NCBI RefSeq assembly: GCF_009914755.1
Contig: NC_060945.1
DNA length: 64,000 nt
Source of the DNA: the human T2T-CHM13v2.0 reference genome, Homo sapiens
Direction: 5' to 3' (one strand)
In this document: positions 60,717 to 64,000 of the stretch, piece by piece
Layout: each line of letters begins with the position of its first letter
Position numbering within the stretch: position 1 is the stretch's first letter
Translations under genes and position numbers: made by a program
The notes under the pieces: generated by a model
The model's database searches: none
What the model was told of the DNA's origin: nothing
Seen by the model: only the letters and a program-made list of their open reading frames with translations

Positions 60717-63700
60717 CCAATACCAGATTTGAACAGTGGTCAGTCCTGGGGATGGAGACGGGGTGAGGGCTGAGCATTCCCTTCTGACCATGTACCTCGT
60801 CTTGGTTTAAAATTTTTACAGCAAGGTGTATTACTCTCTTTTATAAAATATCATTAATTTACAAAATCTTGTATTTTTAATTTTTGTGGGTACATAGTAG
60901 GTATATATATTTATAAATTTACAAAATCTTTAAAAAAGAACCCCACAGAGTTAAAAGTTGGAGTGTTTTTTGCTTGAAATGTTCTATTGCAGCTGAAGGA
61001 CTGGGTGGGTCTGTCTCCCCCAGGCTGTGAGGCTATCAGGGCTGGTGCTCCAGGTTGATTGGAGGGCTGAGTTTTTGTTTCTTCCCAGTCCATTGAGACC
61101 TGATTTTAGAAGTTAGCAAAAGGAAGCTCTGTGTCAAGTGCTCGGCACCTCTCTGCTCTTCCCGTCTTAAATTGCAGCAGGCTTCTTTCCAGCTAGAGGC
61201 TGAAGTGTTCTCAGCTGATGGGAAACCTCCTTTCCAGTGAAGATGTGAGATAAGCACTTTGGTTGGGTTTTGATCCTTGGCTCCTATCTGTGGGAGCAGT
61301 GACTTTGTGGTGAGATGGCCTGGGTTTTGAGTCCTGATTCTGCTACTGACTGGCTGTGTGGCTCTGGGCAAGCTGCTGAACCTCTCTGTGCCTCAGTCTC
61401 CTCATCTGTAAGGTGTAAGGGCTTCCATGAGGAGCAAATGTGTGGGGCCACAGAGCTGCCAGGTCAGGCCTGGCCTGCAGAGGGGCCTGGTGAGGGCGAC
61501 CGACGTGCCTGGGGACAGGTACCCCAGCCTATAGGAGGCCACACAATTCAAGTTAGAACGCCTTGCCCCAAATTCTGGAACTCTTTCTGTTGGTGTTGGA
61601 GGAGAACACACCCTCCCTCTCCAAGGAGCTGGGCCTGTTGCATCCTGGCAGGGCTGACGTGGCACCTGCTGCCCCGTGCCCTGGGAAGCTGAACCAGCCG
61701 GACGCAGCTCCCGGACGCAGCAGAAACGGAATAACCACTCGGCCCACCGGAAGCTGTGATCCTTGCTGGACGTGGAAGTCTCCGCTGCACAATAAGAAGC
61801 GACGGTTTCAGGCAGGCCAAGGGCATGATGGTTTCAACTCCAGCCACAGGGGCCCTCTTCTCCGGGGCCTGCAGGTGTACCCCTGCCCTGAGTTCGACAC
61901 GGCCACTGTTTTGAAAATGCCTGCTCAGAAACGCTGACACAGCGTTAAGGAATATACACACAGGCAAGGTGGCAAGCCCCGTCATTCCGGGGGGCAGCCG
62001 AGTTCTGTTTCCCCACCCCGTCACCCCGAGGGAGTGAAATAGGGTAAGGTTCACCAAGACATTCTGCAGATCAGCGTGGGCAGCAGCACTCTGGAGGGTT
62101 CAGTGCCTCCCGCCTGGGGACAGAGGCCTCTGCTTCTCCCGACCCGTAGGCTGCAGTGATCCATGCAGTTCACTGCTCTGTCTGAAGGTTTGACTTAGGT
62201 TTTAAGTGTTTTTACTCAGAGCAAGCTGATACATGCGCATTTTAGTAATCGTGATAATTGTTCCAACAGATTTCACGTCTGAAACTACATCTTGTTTAGA
62301 AATCACTTTCCATGTAGGAGTTTTCCTTCTGGGATGCATTTCAAGCTGGGGCACTCGCTACTGGAGACGTCATCGGATTTACTGAGGAGGGTGTGTTTGC
62401 GTGTGTTTGGCTACCTACGGATACTACAGATGAGGCGCTGTCTAATTTTGTTTCACAATGAGCTGAAATTTATCCCCACACCAATCCTCTTTTTGCCCTA
62501 CGGAGTTTGTGCCTTGGCCCCACCCTAGGTGGCTCCGGCAGGTTCCTCAGCTGTGTGTACCCACCACCCCCACCTTGTCTGCACGTGACTGTGACTGACT
62601 TTAGGAGGCCACACAATTCAGGAAGCAGAGTGTGCCACCCTGGCCAGACATACCATATTTTGAAAACTCCGTGCGTTCTCGTTATTTCACTGTGAGGTGC
62701 CTGAGTGGCGGGGCCCCGATAGCCAGTCCCCTGTGACCTTCAGAAGGAGGCCACTGCTCCCGTAGTGGGTGCCTCATGCGGGTGGGGAGCTCTGTGTGCC
62801 CACCTTTCATGGAAGCAGGGCATGTACAGCCGTGTGGCGGCAGCAACAGCGTAAGATGGTTCCGACAGGCTCCAGAGCACAGGAGACGGGCCTGGCTCTG
62901 GGCCGCATGCGGGCTTGTGTGCTTTGTTTGGTTTGCATAGTAACCCGCGCCCTGTCCCCATGTGGATTGGAAGGACACTCTGTCAGCCGCTCCCTGCCAT
63001 CACCACACACTCCTGGAGCCTCTGCCACCACGGCCCGTGCTGACCCCAGAGCGAGTCAAAGCCAGGAGCCTTCCCACGGTGGGACTTCTATTTTTATGTG
63101 TGTCCTTATTTGTTTATTGAAAGATGTGAAGGGCAAGTGGGATTGGCACACAGAACAAGACGGTGCCGCCTGCTGGCCACAGCAAAGCCACCTCCCCCGG
63201 TCGCCGCTGTCCTGGGCAAGGCCTGGTCCCTGCAGAACCGGACACGGCCTGCCAGAGCCAGTGTGTGTGGCAGGACAGGGGACACCTGCAGAGGCTTGGC
63301 CTGTGGATGCTGCTCCTTACTGGGATGGAGGGAGAAGACGCGGCCCACATTCCTCAGGCTGGAGGGTGGGCAGGATGGGCAGGAGCTGTGGGGCCCGTGA
63401 GTGCTGGGCCTTGACCCTCTCTGTTGAGGTCCTGCCTGTGTCACTGGCCTGGGGACAGCTCCCGCCTGGCTGAGTGCCGAGCTAAATCCAGGTAGACAGG
63501 TTGGTGAGATGGCGCTCCCAGCGAGCTCACAGTGTCTCATTAACCTCATAAATGCAGCGGACACTGGGCTGCAGGTGACAGACGCGTTCTCTGGAGCACC
63601 GACAGCCCAGGCGTGCCGGAGAGAGAGGACTTGAGTGACTGTCCTCCTGGAACCCAGGGTGCCTTGTCCTGGCACTTCTGTGTACATCATCCAGCCCCGT

Positions 63701-64000
63701 TTTCACGTTCAGGAAGTCACGAATCCACAGTGTCTTTGAAGAAAGTGGGGAATAGAGTTATCAACCGTCACTCCACGGAGAGTCTAAGGCAGAGAGAAGT
63801 TGGGTTCCCCTTCCACGGTTCCCTGCCCCCGGGGACACAGTTGTGGGAGGTCTCAGGGCAGAGACGCCGCACGGTGGGGTAGGGGGCTCTGGTGCCAATA
63901 CCAATGCAGCCCGGTTCCCTGTCCTGGGCCTGCCAGTGACTTTGTGGTCCTGGGCAGGATTATTTTCAGAGGCAGTGGAGCTAGCGGGGCAGAGCTGTGC

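Noticed and set aside
62769-63690. 234-aa and 194-aa ORFs near window end
   Set aside because: Typical chance ORFs of GC-rich intron; no AGPAT3-like or domain-like sequence

Overview
Human (primate) genomic DNA with no credible protein-coding exon. A 63-nt exon at 37580-37642 has canonical splice signals and matches my recollection of the AGPAT3 5' UTR. The window is therefore most likely AGPAT3 introns 1-2 (chr21q22.3, gene on + strand), starting at the tail of the promoter CpG island and ending before the first coding exon. A probable alternative first exon ends at a donor at 59068. The rest is repeat-rich: about 45 Alu/FLAM copies (mostly antisense), old L1 fragments, a near full-length fossil Tigger1 with nested insertions, a full-length short-VNTR SVA, several LTRs (MSTA, MLT1, an ERV1-type LTR, two inverted MER21) and MER DNA transposons. 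I found no new biological system. The most interesting items are a U6/L1 chimeric retrocopy, a tailless 5S rRNA retrofragment with TSD, a candidate uORF-bearing cassette exon, two templated-insertion repair scars, junction-born minisatellites and a possible micro-inversion. Gene and subfamily calls come from memory of consensus sequences, not database searches, and repeat boundaries are approximate.
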